Of a DNA stretch of 64,000 bases, positions 38,039 through 47,432 are shown piece after piece. The notes below the pieces were generated by a model that ran no database searches, was not told the DNA's origin, and saw only the letters and a list, made by a program, of their open reading frames with translations. Numbering within the stretch: the stretch's first letter is position 1; each line of letters begins with the position of its first letter. The translations under genes were made by a program, and so were the position numbers. Where the stretch lies: assembly GCA_963848295.1 (NCBI GenBank), contig CAWKDB010000010.1, forward strand, positions 960,001 through 1,024,000. The letters run 5' to 3'. This DNA is from an uncultured delta proteobacterium. GTDB taxonomy: Bacteria > Myxococcota_A > Polyangia > Haliangiales > Haliangiaceae.

Positions 38039-39991
38039 TTATCGTACGAGCTCGACCAGCGCACCGACGATCTCGACGAGCTTGTAGTCACTCGGCGTGA
38101 AGATCTGCGCGACGCCGAGCGCGCGCATCGCGGCGTGATCGCTCGTCGGGATCGTGCCACCGACGACGACCGCGATGTCGCCACCGCCCCGTGCGCGCAG
38201 CTCGGCGACGACCGCCGCCGCGAGCTCGACGTGAGAGCCCGACAGCACGGACAGCCCGACGACATCGACGTCTTCCTGCACCGCGGCCGCGGCGATCGCG
38301 GCGGGCTCGAGCCGGATCCCGGCGTACACGACCTCGAACCCCGCATCGCGCGCCGCGACCGCGATGACCTCGGCGCCGTTCGAGTGACCGTCGAGCCCGG
38401 GCTTGCCGACGAGCAACTTCGGGCGACGCGGCAGCGCCGCGACCCGCGCGCGCAGCTCGGGCCAACCCGCGGCCGCGCTCGCATCGGCGATCCGCGCACC
38501 CGACACGCCGCCGAGACCTGTGGCGGCGCGGTACTCGCCCCACACCGTGCGCAACGCATCGGCCCATTCGCCGGTCGTGACTCGCGCGAGCGCGCACGCG
38601 ATCGACGGTTCCATCACCGGCTCGCCGGCGCGCGCCGCGGCGGAGAGCTGATCGAGCGCGTCGCGGACCCGGCTCGGATCGCGCCGCTTGCGCGTCTCGT
38701 CGAGCGAACGCAGCGCGAGCGCAGCCGCGGCCGGATCGACGTGGAACACGCCGCCGTCATCGCCGATCAACGGCGACGGCAGGCCCTCCGTCCACCGGTT
38801 GACGCCGACGACGATCTGGTCGCCTCGCTCGATCCGCGCCATCCGCGCCGCCATCGCGCGCACGAGCTCGCCCTTGCAATAGCCCGAGTCGATCGCGGCG
38901 CGAATCCCACCCATCGCATCGATCGCGGCGAGCTCCATGCGCGCCGCCGCGCACAGCTCGCCGACCTTGGCCTCGACGACCGGGTTGCCGGCGAACAGAT
39001 CGCCGTACTCGAGCAGGTCAGTCTCGAACGCGAGGATCTGCTGCAAGCGCAGCGACCACTGCTGATCCCATGGCCGCGGCAGCGACAGCGCTTCGTTCCA
39101 CGTCGGCAGCTGGAGCGCACGGCAGCGCGCATCGCGCGACAACAACACGCCGAGCGTCTCGATCGCGATCCGCCACGTGTTGTTCTCCGGTTGCTGCTCG
39201 GTCAACCCGAGCGAGTTGACCTGCACGCCATAGCGGAACTGGCGCAGCTCGGGATCGGCCACGCCGTAACGGTCGCGACATAGCTCGTCCCACAGCCGCG
39301 CGAACGCGCGCATCTTGCACATCTCCTCGACGAACCGCATGCCCGCGTTGACGAAGAACGACACGCGACCGACGCACTGCGCGAGCTGCGCGGCATCGAC
39401 CCGGCCTCGCGCGCGCACCCGATCGAGCACGCCGATCGCGTCGGCGAGCGCGAACGCGAGCTCTTGCACCGGCGTCGCGCCGGCTTCCTGCAGGTGATAG
39501 CTGCACACGTTCGACGGGTTCCACCGCGGTAGCTCGGCGACGCAGAACTCGTAGGTCTGCGCGATCAGATCGATCGATGGCTCGGGCGGGAAGATGTACG
39601 TGCCCCGCGCGAGGTACTCCTTGACGATGTCGTTCTGGGTCGTGCCGCGCAGCCCGCGTGGATCGACGCGGCGTTCCCGCGCGAGCGCGACGTAGAGCGC
39701 GAGCAGCCACACCGCGGTGCCGTTGATCGTCATCGACGTGTTCATCCGCTCGATCGGGATGCCGTCGAACAGCGCGTGCATGTCGTCGAGCGACGCGATC
39801 GGCACGCCGACCTTGCCGATCTCCGGACGCGCGAGCGGATGGTCGGCGTCGTAGCCGCACTGCGTGGGGAGATCGAACGCGATCGACAACCCGGTCTGGC
39901 CCGCCGCGAGGTTGCGCCGATAGAGCTCGTTCGACGCGCGCGCGCTCGAATGCCCCGCGTACGTCCGAAAGATCCACGGAGGATCGGCCAT
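38039..39991 (-). CDS. meaA: B12-dependent acyl-CoA mutase, MeaA/ethylmalonyl-CoA mutase type
   Basis: RTYAGHSS, GQTGLSIAFDLPTQ, TTQNDIVKEY, YGVQVNSLGLTEQQPENN; B12-binding KPGLDGHSNGAE. Confidence 0.85.
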   Translation of the reverse strand: MADPPWIFRTYAGHSSARASNELYRRNLAAGQTGLSIAFDLPTQCGYDADHPLARPEIGKVGVPIASLDDMHALFDGIPIERMNTSMTINGTAVWLLALYVALARERRVDPRGLRGTTQNDIVKEYLARGTYIFPPEPSIDLIAQTYEFCVAELPRWNPSNVCSYHLQEAGATPVQELAFALADAIGVLDRVRARGRVDAAQLAQCVGRVSFFVNAGMRFVEEMCKMRAFARLWDELCRDRYGVADPELRQFRYGVQVNSLGLTEQQPENNTWRIAIETLGVLLSRDARCRALQLPTWNEALSLPRPWDQQWSLRLQQILAFETDLLEYGDLFAGNPVVEAKVGELCAAARMELAAIDAMGGIRAAIDSGYCKGELVRAMAARMARIERGDQIVVGVNRWTEGLPSPLIGDDGGVFHVDPAAAALALRSLDETRKRRDPSRVRDALDQLSAAARAGEPVMEPSIACALARVTTGEWADALRTVWGEYRAATGLGGVSGARIADASAAAGWPELRARVAALPRRPKLLVGKPGLDGHSNGAEVIAVAARDAGFEVVYAGIRLEPAAIAAAAVQEDVDVVGLSVLSGSHVELAAAVVAELRARGGGDIAVVVGGTIPTSDHAAMRALGVAQIFTPSDYKLVEIVGALVELVR

Positions 39992-40001
39992 CGCGCGATC
40001 T

Positions 40002-40874
40002 TTACCTGCGCACCAGGCTGACCGCGAGCCCGGCGAGCGTGATCGCGGCGCCGAGGTACGCGCGCGGGCCGAGCGTGATCTCGCTCTCGAACAGCGCGTC
40101 GGTCGCGAGCGCGACGAGCGGGAACACGAACACCAGCGTGCTGGTCAGCAACAACGACGTCCGGCCGAGCAGCCAGAAGTAGCTGAGAAACGCGACGACC
40201 GAGCCGATCACCGCGAGATAGAACAACGCGAACGTCGCGACGCCCGGCGGCGGCCACGGAATCGGCTCGTACGCGACGAGCGCGATCACGCCGAGGACGA
40301 CCGCGGTCACCGCGATGAAGATCGCGGTCGCGACCACGCCGTGAACGCCCTGGTTATGGCGCTTCATCACCATCGAGTAGCCGGTCGCGACGACGACCGA
40401 GCCGAGCACCATCGCGACGCCGCTCGCCTGTCGCGTCGACACGTCGAGCCGATCGAAGAAGATCACCGCGACCCCCGCGATCGAGATCACCGCGCCGACG
40501 ACGTGGCGCCAGGTCAGCCGCTCCATCCGCGTCGCGGTCAACATCACCGCCAGGATCAGCGGCTGCGTGCCGTAGACGACCGCGGCGATGCCGCCCGAGA
40601 CACGCTCTTCACCGACGTAGACGAGCAAGTAGCCCGCGGCATCGAGCACGCCGGCGACCCCCAGGTACAGCCACGTCCGCCGGCTCGGCCACGGTCGAAA
40701 TCGCGCGGCGATCGGGACGATCACGATCGCGGCGATCGCGAAGCGCAACGCGAGCGCATCGAGCGTGGGGAACCCCGCCTCGCCGCCCTCGCCGATGCAG
40801 CGACGGATGGCGTACCAAGTCGTGCCCCAGATCAGGGCGCACGCGAGGTACGCGGCTGCAATCGTTCGTTGCAC
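40002..40874 (-). CDS. EamA/DMT family transporter
   Basis: CALIWGTTWYAIR, RFAIA, YLAVIGSVVAFLSYFWLL; about 10 TM helices. Start reassigned to 40874. Confidence 0.88.
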   Translation of the reverse strand: MQRTIAAAYLACALIWGTTWYAIRRCIGEGGEAGFPTLDALALRFAIAAIVIVPIAARFRPWPSRRTWLYLGVAGVLDAAGYLLVYVGEERVSGGIAAVVYGTQPLILAVMLTATRMERLTWRHVVGAVISIAGVAVIFFDRLDVSTRQASGVAMVLGSVVVATGYSMVMKRHNQGVHGVVATAIFIAVTAVVLGVIALVAYEPIPWPPPGVATFALFYLAVIGSVVAFLSYFWLLGRTSLLLTSTLVFVFPLVALATDALFESEITLGPRAYLGAAITLAGLAVSLVRR

Positions 40875-40928
40875 GACTGTCGCAGTGTCGCATCTTGCGA
40901 CCGTTCTCCACTCGGGTATGTTCCGCGG

Positions 40929-41369
40929 ATGCGAACCATGCTCTTTGCGCTCGCGCTCGCCGCGGCCGCCGGTTGTGCCAAGTCCAACTCCAACGACAAG
41001 CAGGCGAGCGACAACGCGCCGACCGCGAAGGCCGACAAGGCGCCGGTCGCGACCGTCACGCCGGATCAGCTCGAGCAAGCGCTGACCGCCGGTGACGCGC
41101 AAGCCGTCGACGCGAACGGCGACGCGACCCGCAAGCACGAGGGCGTCGTGCCCGGTGCCGTGCTGTTGACGAGCTCGACCGACTACAAGCTCAGCGAGCT
41201 CCCCGCGGACAAGGCGAAGAACCTGGTGTTCTACTGCGCGAACACGTCGTGCGGCGCTTCGCACATGGCGGCCGATCGCGCCTTGCAAGCCGGCTACACC
41301 AACGTCAAGGTCATGCCGGTCGGCATCGCCGGCTGGGTCAGCGCGGGCAAGAAGGTCCAGACGATCTAG
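40929..41369 (+). CDS. Rhodanese-like domain lipoprotein
   Basis: Lipobox AAAGC; VDAN...GVVPGA...LVFYCANTSCGAS...GIAGW. Confidence 0.85.
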   Translation: MRTMLFALALAAAAGCAKSNSNDKQASDNAPTAKADKAPVATVTPDQLEQALTAGDAQAVDANGDATRKHEGVVPGAVLLTSSTDYKLSELPADKAKNLVFYCANTSCGASHMAADRALQAGYTNVKVMPVGIAGWVSAGKKVQTI

Positions 41370-41438
41370 CGCTGCCCTCCCCGATCTTCCGGGGCGCGCT
41401 CCGGACCACGCCGGCGGGGTTCGTGGTCTGGTCTCGCC

Positions 41439-42521
41439 ATGGCGCTAGATCACTACGTAACTCTCGGTCGCTCCGGGCTGCGCGTCAGCCCGATGTGTCT
41501 CGGCACGATGACGTTCGGCGAGGATCTCGGCTGGGGCTCGTCGGAGACCGACTCGAAGGCGATCATCGATCGCTACCTCGAGCGCGGCGGCAATTTCATC
41601 GACACGGCGAACGCGTACACGCTCGGACACTCCGAGGTGATCATCGGCAACCACCTCGCGCACACGAAGAAGCGCGATCGCGTCGTCCTGGCCACGAAGT
41701 TCTACAGCAACATGTTCCCGGGCGATCCGAACGGCGGCGGCACCGGTGCGAAGTCACTCCTCACCGCGTGTCACGAGTCGCTGCGCCGATTGAAGACCGA
41801 CTACATCGACCTGTACTGGATGCACGCGTGGGATCGCCACACGCCGATCGAAGAGACCTTGCGTGCGCTCGACGATCTCGTCCGCGCCGGCAAGGTTCGC
41901 TACCTCGGCTTCTCCGACACCCCGGCATGGAAGCTCGCGCAGGCTCAGACCACGTCGCACTTCCGCGGCTGGGCGCCGCTCGTCGCGCTGCAGATCGAGT
42001 ACTCGCTGCTCGAGCGCACGGTCGAAGGCGAGCTCGTCCCCGCCGCGCACGAGCTCGGCCTCGGGATCACGCCGTGGTCGCCGCTCAAGGGTGGCGTGCT
42101 GACCGGCAAGTACACGCGCGCGAATGCCGGCACGGTCAAGGCCGACCGCGGCGCGATGGTCAACGCGAACCTGACCGACAAGGCCTACACCGTGATCGAC
42201 GCGCTCGTCGCGATCGGCAAGGAGCTCGCGACGACACCCGCGTCGGTCGCGCTCGCGTGGTTGCTCGGGCGGCCGGGCGTGACGAGCCCGATCTTCGGCG
42301 CTCGCTCGCTCGCTCACCTCGAGGCGAACCTCAGCGCGTTGACCGTGGCCCTCACGCCGTCGCAGCGCGCGAAGCTCGACGAGCTGTCGACGCCCGAGCT
42401 GCCGTTCCCCGCGAAGTTCATGGCGCGAGCCGGCAGCTACATGCACGGCGGGCTGACCGTCAACGGCGACACGGCTCCGCTCTGGCAGACCGGCGCCCCG
42501 CCCGACGCCAAGCGTTACTGA
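41439..42521 (+). CDS. Aldo/keto reductase
   Basis: LGRSGLRVSPMCLGTMTFG, IDTANAY, SLRRLKTDYIDLY, GKVRYLGFS, PWSPL. Confidence 0.95.
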   Translation: MALDHYVTLGRSGLRVSPMCLGTMTFGEDLGWGSSETDSKAIIDRYLERGGNFIDTANAYTLGHSEVIIGNHLAHTKKRDRVVLATKFYSNMFPGDPNGGGTGAKSLLTACHESLRRLKTDYIDLYWMHAWDRHTPIEETLRALDDLVRAGKVRYLGFSDTPAWKLAQAQTTSHFRGWAPLVALQIEYSLLERTVEGELVPAAHELGLGITPWSPLKGGVLTGKYTRANAGTVKADRGAMVNANLTDKAYTVIDALVAIGKELATTPASVALAWLLGRPGVTSPIFGARSLAHLEANLSALTVALTPSQRAKLDELSTPELPFPAKFMARAGSYMHGGLTVNGDTAPLWQTGAPPDAKRY

Positions 42522-42539
42522 CCGTACCCGAGCGCGAGA

Positions 42540-43463
42540 TCAAGCGAGCGTCGCCCGCAAGCCGTCGACGAGCGGCGTCTCCGCGACGACGCCGAGCGCG
42601 TCGCGCAGCCGCGCCACGGCCGCGCGCGACTTCACGATCTCGCCGGCGCGCGCGGGCGCGTGATCGATGGTGCTCTTGCCGCCGCATAGCTCGACGATCG
42701 TGCGCGCGAGCTCTACGACCGTGATCTCACCGCCGGTGCCGACGTTCGCGACGAGGCGCGAGTTGCCATCGCCTACCGCCGCGACGATCGCGCGCACGAC
42801 GTCGCCGACGTAGACGAAGTCGCGCGTTTGCTCGCCGTCGCCGAAGATCGTCAGCGGTTTGCCGGCGCGTGCGCGGTCGCTGAAGATCGAGATCACGCCG
42901 GAGTAAGGGCTCGATGGATCCTGGCGCGGACCGTAGACGTTGAAGAACCGAAGCGCGGTCGTCGCGACCCCGTGCACCGCCGCGTAGTAGTCGAGCGCGT
43001 GCTCCGAGGCGAGCTTGTCGATGCCATAGGGCGACACCGGCTGGCAGCGCGTCTCTTCACGCACCGGGAGGTCGGTAGCATCACCGTAAACCGCGGCGGA
43101 TGAGGCAAACGCGACCTTCTTGCATCGCTGCGCGCGCGCGTACTCGAGCACGTGGAGCGTACCGCCGTAGTTGACCTGCATGTCGACGAGCGGGTTCGCG
43201 ATCGAAGCGACGACCGAGACCTGCGCCGCGAGATGGACGATGCGCTCGACCGGACCGTGCCCCGCCAGCGCGGCGAAGATCCCGTGGCCGACGTCGCAGG
43301 TCTCGATCGCGAGGTTCGCGTTGCCCGCGTGCTGCGCGAGGTTCGCGCGCTTGCCGGTCGAGAAATTATCGAGCACCACGACGCGATGGCCGAGCGCGAG
43401 CAAGCGATCGACGACGTGCGATCCGATGAATCCGGCGCCGCCGGTGACTGCGATCAACCCCAC
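42540..43463 (-). CDS. NAD-dependent nucleotide-sugar epimerase/dehydratase
   Basis: VTGGAGFIGSH, ASSAAVYG, YGIDK (YxxxK), RFFNVYGPRQ, RDFVYVGD. Confidence 0.93.
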   Translation of the reverse strand: MGLIAVTGGAGFIGSHVVDRLLALGHRVVVLDNFSTGKRANLAQHAGNANLAIETCDVGHGIFAALAGHGPVERIVHLAAQVSVVASIANPLVDMQVNYGGTLHVLEYARAQRCKKVAFASSAAVYGDATDLPVREETRCQPVSPYGIDKLASEHALDYYAAVHGVATTALRFFNVYGPRQDPSSPYSGVISIFSDRARAGKPLTIFGDGEQTRDFVYVGDVVRAIVAAVGDGNSRLVANVGTGGEITVVELARTIVELCGGKSTIDHAPARAGEIVKSRAAVARLRDALGVVAETPLVDGLRATLA

Positions 43464-43484
43464 CCGGCGAGCGTACTAGGTTAG

Positions 43485-44123
43485 TCAGTGGTCCCACAAC
43501 ACGCCGACGCCGAGCTGGATGCCCAGCGCGTCGTCCAGCGAGCTCGAGAACCCGGGCTCGGCGTAGATCTGCGTCAACATCGCGAGCTCGGGCAGGATCG
43601 ACACGCAGCGTGTGATGCGATACGCGAAGCCGATCGATGCGCCCGCGTACATGAAGCTCACCGGGCCACTGACGCCACCGACGCCGACGTGGTCTTGATA
43701 GACGAGGCGCGCGCTCGCGATCAGCTGGTGGCCGCCGGTGAAGTTCCAGCCGACTTGCACCGGCAGCTCGAGCGCCGGCTTGTCCGGGAACGTGAATTCC
43801 ACCGCGGGCGCGAGCGCGATATCGATGCCGGAGTCTACCGTCGGCGCGCGTAGCAGCTGAATGCGTGGCCCGAGCTCGAGCCCGAACGTGCCGACCCGTG
43901 CGTCGAGCTCGAGGTGATCGGTCGCGCCATAGCGCACGCCACCTTCGGCGACGCCTCGCGGCGTGACGCCGAACTCGTGGGCGCCCGTGCTCGGCGCGAC
44001 GACGAGGTAGCCCTCGGGGGCGGCCCACAGCTCGACGTGACCGGGGCGCTGGATCCGCGCGCGCGCCATCGTTGGAAACGAGTAGCAAGCTGCGGTGGCG
44101 AGCAACGCGACCGCGCACTTCAC
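43485..44123 (-). CDS. Hypothetical lipoprotein, possible outer-membrane beta-barrel
   Basis: LLATAAC signal; alternating beta strands; C-terminal QLGVGVLWDH; GTGA overlap with the upstream gene. Confidence 0.6.
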   Translation of the reverse strand: MKCAVALLATAACYSFPTMARARIQRPGHVELWAAPEGYLVVAPSTGAHEFGVTPRGVAEGGVRYGATDHLELDARVGTFGLELGPRIQLLRAPTVDSGIDIALAPAVEFTFPDKPALELPVQVGWNFTGGHQLIASARLVYQDHVGVGGVSGPVSFMYAGASIGFAYRITRCVSILPELAMLTQIYAEPGFSSSLDDALGIQLGVGVLWDH

Positions 44124-45106
44124 GGGCAGGCCTCGAGATCGAGCACCCACGCATCGTCGAGCGTGCCGAGCCCATCCCCGAGCGTGCCGCCGCCGAACAG
44201 TACGAGTCGATCGCGTTTGCCGTCGAGGATGAGCGACGCGTGATCGCGCGCGGGCGGCAGCGTCGAGGTCACCAGAGGAGAGAACGTCGCGTCGTCGAGG
44301 CCGAATCCGGTCGTCAGCGCGGTGTCCTCGTTGTCTAGATTATCGCCGCCGACGAGATCGATGCGGTCGCAATCGGGGTCGAGCGCCGCACCGAAGTGCG
44401 CCCACGCCGTCGGGCTCGATACGATGGCGAGCTTGGTCCACGCCTGCGCAGCGAGATCGTAGCGCCACGCATCGCGCTTGACCGACACCGTGTCGTGACC
44501 GCCGACCAGATACAGCCCGCCTTGCCAGTACTCGAGCGCGTACGACGTCCGCCCCGACGGAACCGCTCCGGACTCCGGCAGCTCGGTCCACGTGTTCGTC
44601 GCGAAGTCGAACTGCCAGAGATCGTCGAGCGAATCGAGGAAGCTGCTCGCGCCGCCGAAGATCCAGGCATGCGCGCCATCGCTGGCCGCGCTGACGTCGA
44701 GCCGCGCGCTCGGTCCTTGCGGCAGCTGCGTGACCTCGAACGTCGTCAGATCGACGCCGACCACCTCGGAGATCGCCGACGATAGCCCTTGGTTGCCGTC
44801 GATCAACACGAGCCGATCGTTCGCGACGTCGATCGCGCTCGCGAGGTTGGTGCGCGGCGACAACATCGACGACAGATCGATCGTGTCCCAGCTCAGCGTG
44901 TCGAGGTGGAGTGCGACGAGCTCGCCGACCAAGCCCGACGAGCTGTTACCCCCGTACATCCACATCTGATCGCGAGCCACGTCGAGCACGGCGGTCTGGC
45001 CCCACCGGCCCGCGACTCCGCCGGTGCTGATCTCGGTCCACGCCGGCGCACCGGCTCTCGTCGGCGACACACACGCGGTCACGCACAGGATCGCGGCAGC
45101 GCGCAC
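44120..45106 (-). CDS. Kelch-repeat lipoprotein
   Basis: Repeats P-x-x-R...WIFGG...DDLWQFD...W. Confidence 0.85.
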   Translation of the reverse strand: MRAAAILCVTACVSPTRAGAPAWTEISTGGVAGRWGQTAVLDVARDQMWMYGGNSSSGLVGELVALHLDTLSWDTIDLSSMLSPRTNLASAIDVANDRLVLIDGNQGLSSAISEVVGVDLTTFEVTQLPQGPSARLDVSAASDGAHAWIFGGASSFLDSLDDLWQFDFATNTWTELPESGAVPSGRTSYALEYWQGGLYLVGGHDTVSVKRDAWRYDLAAQAWTKLAIVSSPTAWAHFGAALDPDCDRIDLVGGDNLDNEDTALTTGFGLDDATFSPLVTSTLPPARDHASLILDGKRDRLVLFGGGTLGDGLGTLDDAWVLDLEACP

Positions 45107-45135
45107 GGGCGAACGATAAGCGCTAGCGTCGCGAC

Positions 45136-46113
45136 ATGAAAGTGCGCGCTATCCAGATCACGGAGCACGGCGGCCCCGACGTCATGCACCTCGCCGACAT
45201 CGAGGTCGGCGAACCAGGGCCCGGCCAGGTCCGCGTGCGCCACCACGCGTGCGGCATCAACTACCTCGACACGTACTACCGCAGTGGCTTGTACCCGGCC
45301 CCGCTGCCGCTCGTGCCAGGCACCGAGGCCGCGGGCGTGATCGAGGCGGTCGGCGCCGGCGTGACCCGGCTCGCGGTCGGCGATCGCGTGACCTACGCGG
45401 CGATGGGACCGGGCAGCTACAGCGAAGCGCGCGTGCTCGACGCCGGCCCCGTTGTCCGGCTGCCGGACAGCATCGACTTCGAGCGCGCCGCCGCGATGAC
45501 GCTCAAGGGCATGACGGTGCAGTACCTGCTGAAGCGCACGTGGCCGAATCTGCGCACCGGCGATGCGATCCTCTGGCATGCGGCGGCCGGCGGCGTCGGC
45601 CTCATCGCCTGTCAGTGGGCGGCGGCGCTCGGCTACGTCGTGATCGCGACCGCCGGCTCGGCCGAGAAGTGCAACCTCGCGCTCGCGCACGGCGCGACGC
45701 ACGCGATCGACTATCACCGCGAAGATGTGGTCGCTCGCGTCAAGCAGCTCACCGGCGGGCGCGGGGTCGCGGTCGCGTTCGATTCCGTCGGCAAGGACAC
45801 GTTCGAGCGCTCGCTCGACTCGACGCGTCCGCTCGGGCTCGTCGCCGTGTTCGGCAATGCCTCCGGGCCGGTACCACCGCTCGACGTCCTCGGCTTGATG
45901 CGGCGCGGCTCGCTGTTCGTGACGCGTCCGACGCTCGGGACGCACCTCGCCACCGGCGCGGCCCAGGACATGGCCGACGATCTGTTCGCGATGGTCACCT
46001 CGGGCAAGCTGCGCATCGATCCGCCGCGCACGTATCCGCTCGCCGAGGCAGCGCGTGCCCATCGCGAGCTCGAAGCCGGCCAGACGACCGGCGCCGGCAT
46101 CCTCGTCGTGTAA
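45136..46113 (+). CDS. qor: NADPH:quinone oxidoreductase (zeta-crystallin/MDR family)
   Basis: GINYLDTYYRSGLY, HAAAGGVGLIACQWA, DSVGKDTF, GSLFVTRPTL. Confidence 0.92.
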   Translation: MKVRAIQITEHGGPDVMHLADIEVGEPGPGQVRVRHHACGINYLDTYYRSGLYPAPLPLVPGTEAAGVIEAVGAGVTRLAVGDRVTYAAMGPGSYSEARVLDAGPVVRLPDSIDFERAAAMTLKGMTVQYLLKRTWPNLRTGDAILWHAAAGGVGLIACQWAAALGYVVIATAGSAEKCNLALAHGATHAIDYHREDVVARVKQLTGGRGVAVAFDSVGKDTFERSLDSTRPLGLVAVFGNASGPVPPLDVLGLMRRGSLFVTRPTLGTHLATGAAQDMADDLFAMVTSGKLRIDPPRTYPLAEAARAHRELEAGQTTGAGILVV

Positions 46114-46175
46114 CGCGAGACACGCAGCGCGTGCGTTCCGCGACACACGCGCGAGCTCCTCGTCGGAGACAACGC

Positions 46176-46191
46176 TGGCTCGCGCCATGCA
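46176..46191 (+). promoter_or_regulatory. Putative sigma54 promoter of the SPFH operon
   Basis: TGGCTCG-CGCC-ATGCA (GG-N10-GC), 14 nt before ATG 46206. Confidence 0.55.
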
Positions 46192-46205
46192 CTCGCTGCG
46201 AGCCC

Positions 46206-47432
46206 ATGCGCATGATCTTCGGGAAGCTCAAGAGCTCTATCCTTCGCGTCGGCTATCTCGCAAAGGCGATGGTGCTCGCGGCGTTGCTCGGCGTCATCGA
46301 GCTCGTGCAGAACGCGAAGGGCCGACGGTTCCTCGGCGTGCTGACGCTCGTCGCGTTGGCCGGCGGCTTCGTGATCGCCCGACCGATTCGTTCGATCGCG
46401 GCCGGCGAAGCCGCGGTCCGCATCAACAAGCTCACCGGCAGTGTCACCGTGCTCGACGAAGGCTGGGCGCTCGACCTGCCGTTCATCCACCAGCTCCGCA
46501 CGTATCCGTTGCACGATCAGGTCTATCGCCCCGCCGACGCGGCGAAGGCGACCGGCGCCGGCGCGTTCCAGTCCGGCGAAGGCCTGACGATCGGCATCGA
46601 CGTCGCGGTGCGGTGGGCGCTCGATCCCGAGAAGATGTCGCATGCGGCGCGGTTGCGGCCCGATGACATCGGCGAAGAAGTCGTGCGGCCGACCGTCGAT
46701 GGCGCGCTGCACCGCGCGTTTGCGTTGCACAGCGTCCGCGAGATCTTCGCGACCCAGCGCGGCGCGATCCAGAAGGGGCTCGAGGACGAGCTGCGCACCG
46801 CGCTCGCGGGCGAGGGCGTCGTCGTCAAGTCGGTCGAAATCGGCAGCGTCGATCTGCCGCCGCAATACAAGGCGGGGCTCGAGGCGTTACTCGAAGAGGA
46901 GCTCGCGTCCGACAAGATGAAGTACACGCTCGAGCTCAAGGAGAAGGGCATCAAGCAGTCCGAGCTCGAAGCCGACGCCGACAAGGTCCGCCGCGAGAAG
47001 GCCGCAGAAGCCGCCGGCGAAGAACAGGTGATCGCCGCGAAAGCACAGGAAGAGGCGATGCAGCACGTGCTGCCGCTCAAGCAGAAAGAGATCGAGCAGA
47101 AGCGGCTCGAAGCCGAAGCCGCGAAGGTCGAGCGGATCACCCAGGCCGAAGCGACGGCGGAGTCGCGCCGGATCGAGGCGAGCGGTGAAGCCGATGGCCG
47201 GCGCAAGCTCGCCGACAGTGAAGCGTATCGGCTCGACGTCACCGGCAAGGCGACGAGCGAGCAGATGGCGCGCGAGGGCGCGTTGATCCAGAAGAACCCG
47301 CTGCTGATCCAGAAGACGCTGGCCGACAAGCTGTCCGACAAGATCTCCGTGATCATCGCGCCGCCTCAGGTCGGCGGGTTCTTCGCGAGCGGCTTGCTCG
47401 GTGGCGCGGCCTACGGCGGCGGAGCGAAGTAA
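46206..47432 (+). CDS. SPFH/band-7 (flotillin/prohibitin-like) protein
   Basis: Two N-terminal TM segments, Band-7 domain (IGIDVAVRWALD...VKSVEIGSVDLP), AEA-rich coiled coil. Confidence 0.88.
   Translation: MRMIFGKLKSSILRVGYLAKAMVLAALLGVIELVQNAKGRRFLGVLTLVALAGGFVIARPIRSIAAGEAAVRINKLTGSVTVLDEGWALDLPFIHQLRTYPLHDQVYRPADAAKATGAGAFQSGEGLTIGIDVAVRWALDPEKMSHAARLRPDDIGEEVVRPTVDGALHRAFALHSVREIFATQRGAIQKGLEDELRTALAGEGVVVKSVEIGSVDLPPQYKAGLEALLEEELASDKMKYTLELKEKGIKQSELEADADKVRREKAAEAAGEEQVIAAKAQEEAMQHVLPLKQKEIEQKRLEAEAAKVERITQAEATAESRRIEASGEADGRRKLADSEAYRLDVTGKATSEQMAREGALIQKNPLLIQKTLADKLSDKISVIIAPPQVGGFFASGLLGGAAYGGGAK

Noticed and set aside
41400..41432. Hairpin CCGGACCACG...CGTGGTCTGG before the aldo/keto reductase as a terminator or riboswitch
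   Set aside because: No U-tract and no recognisable aptamer; such stems are common at this GC content.
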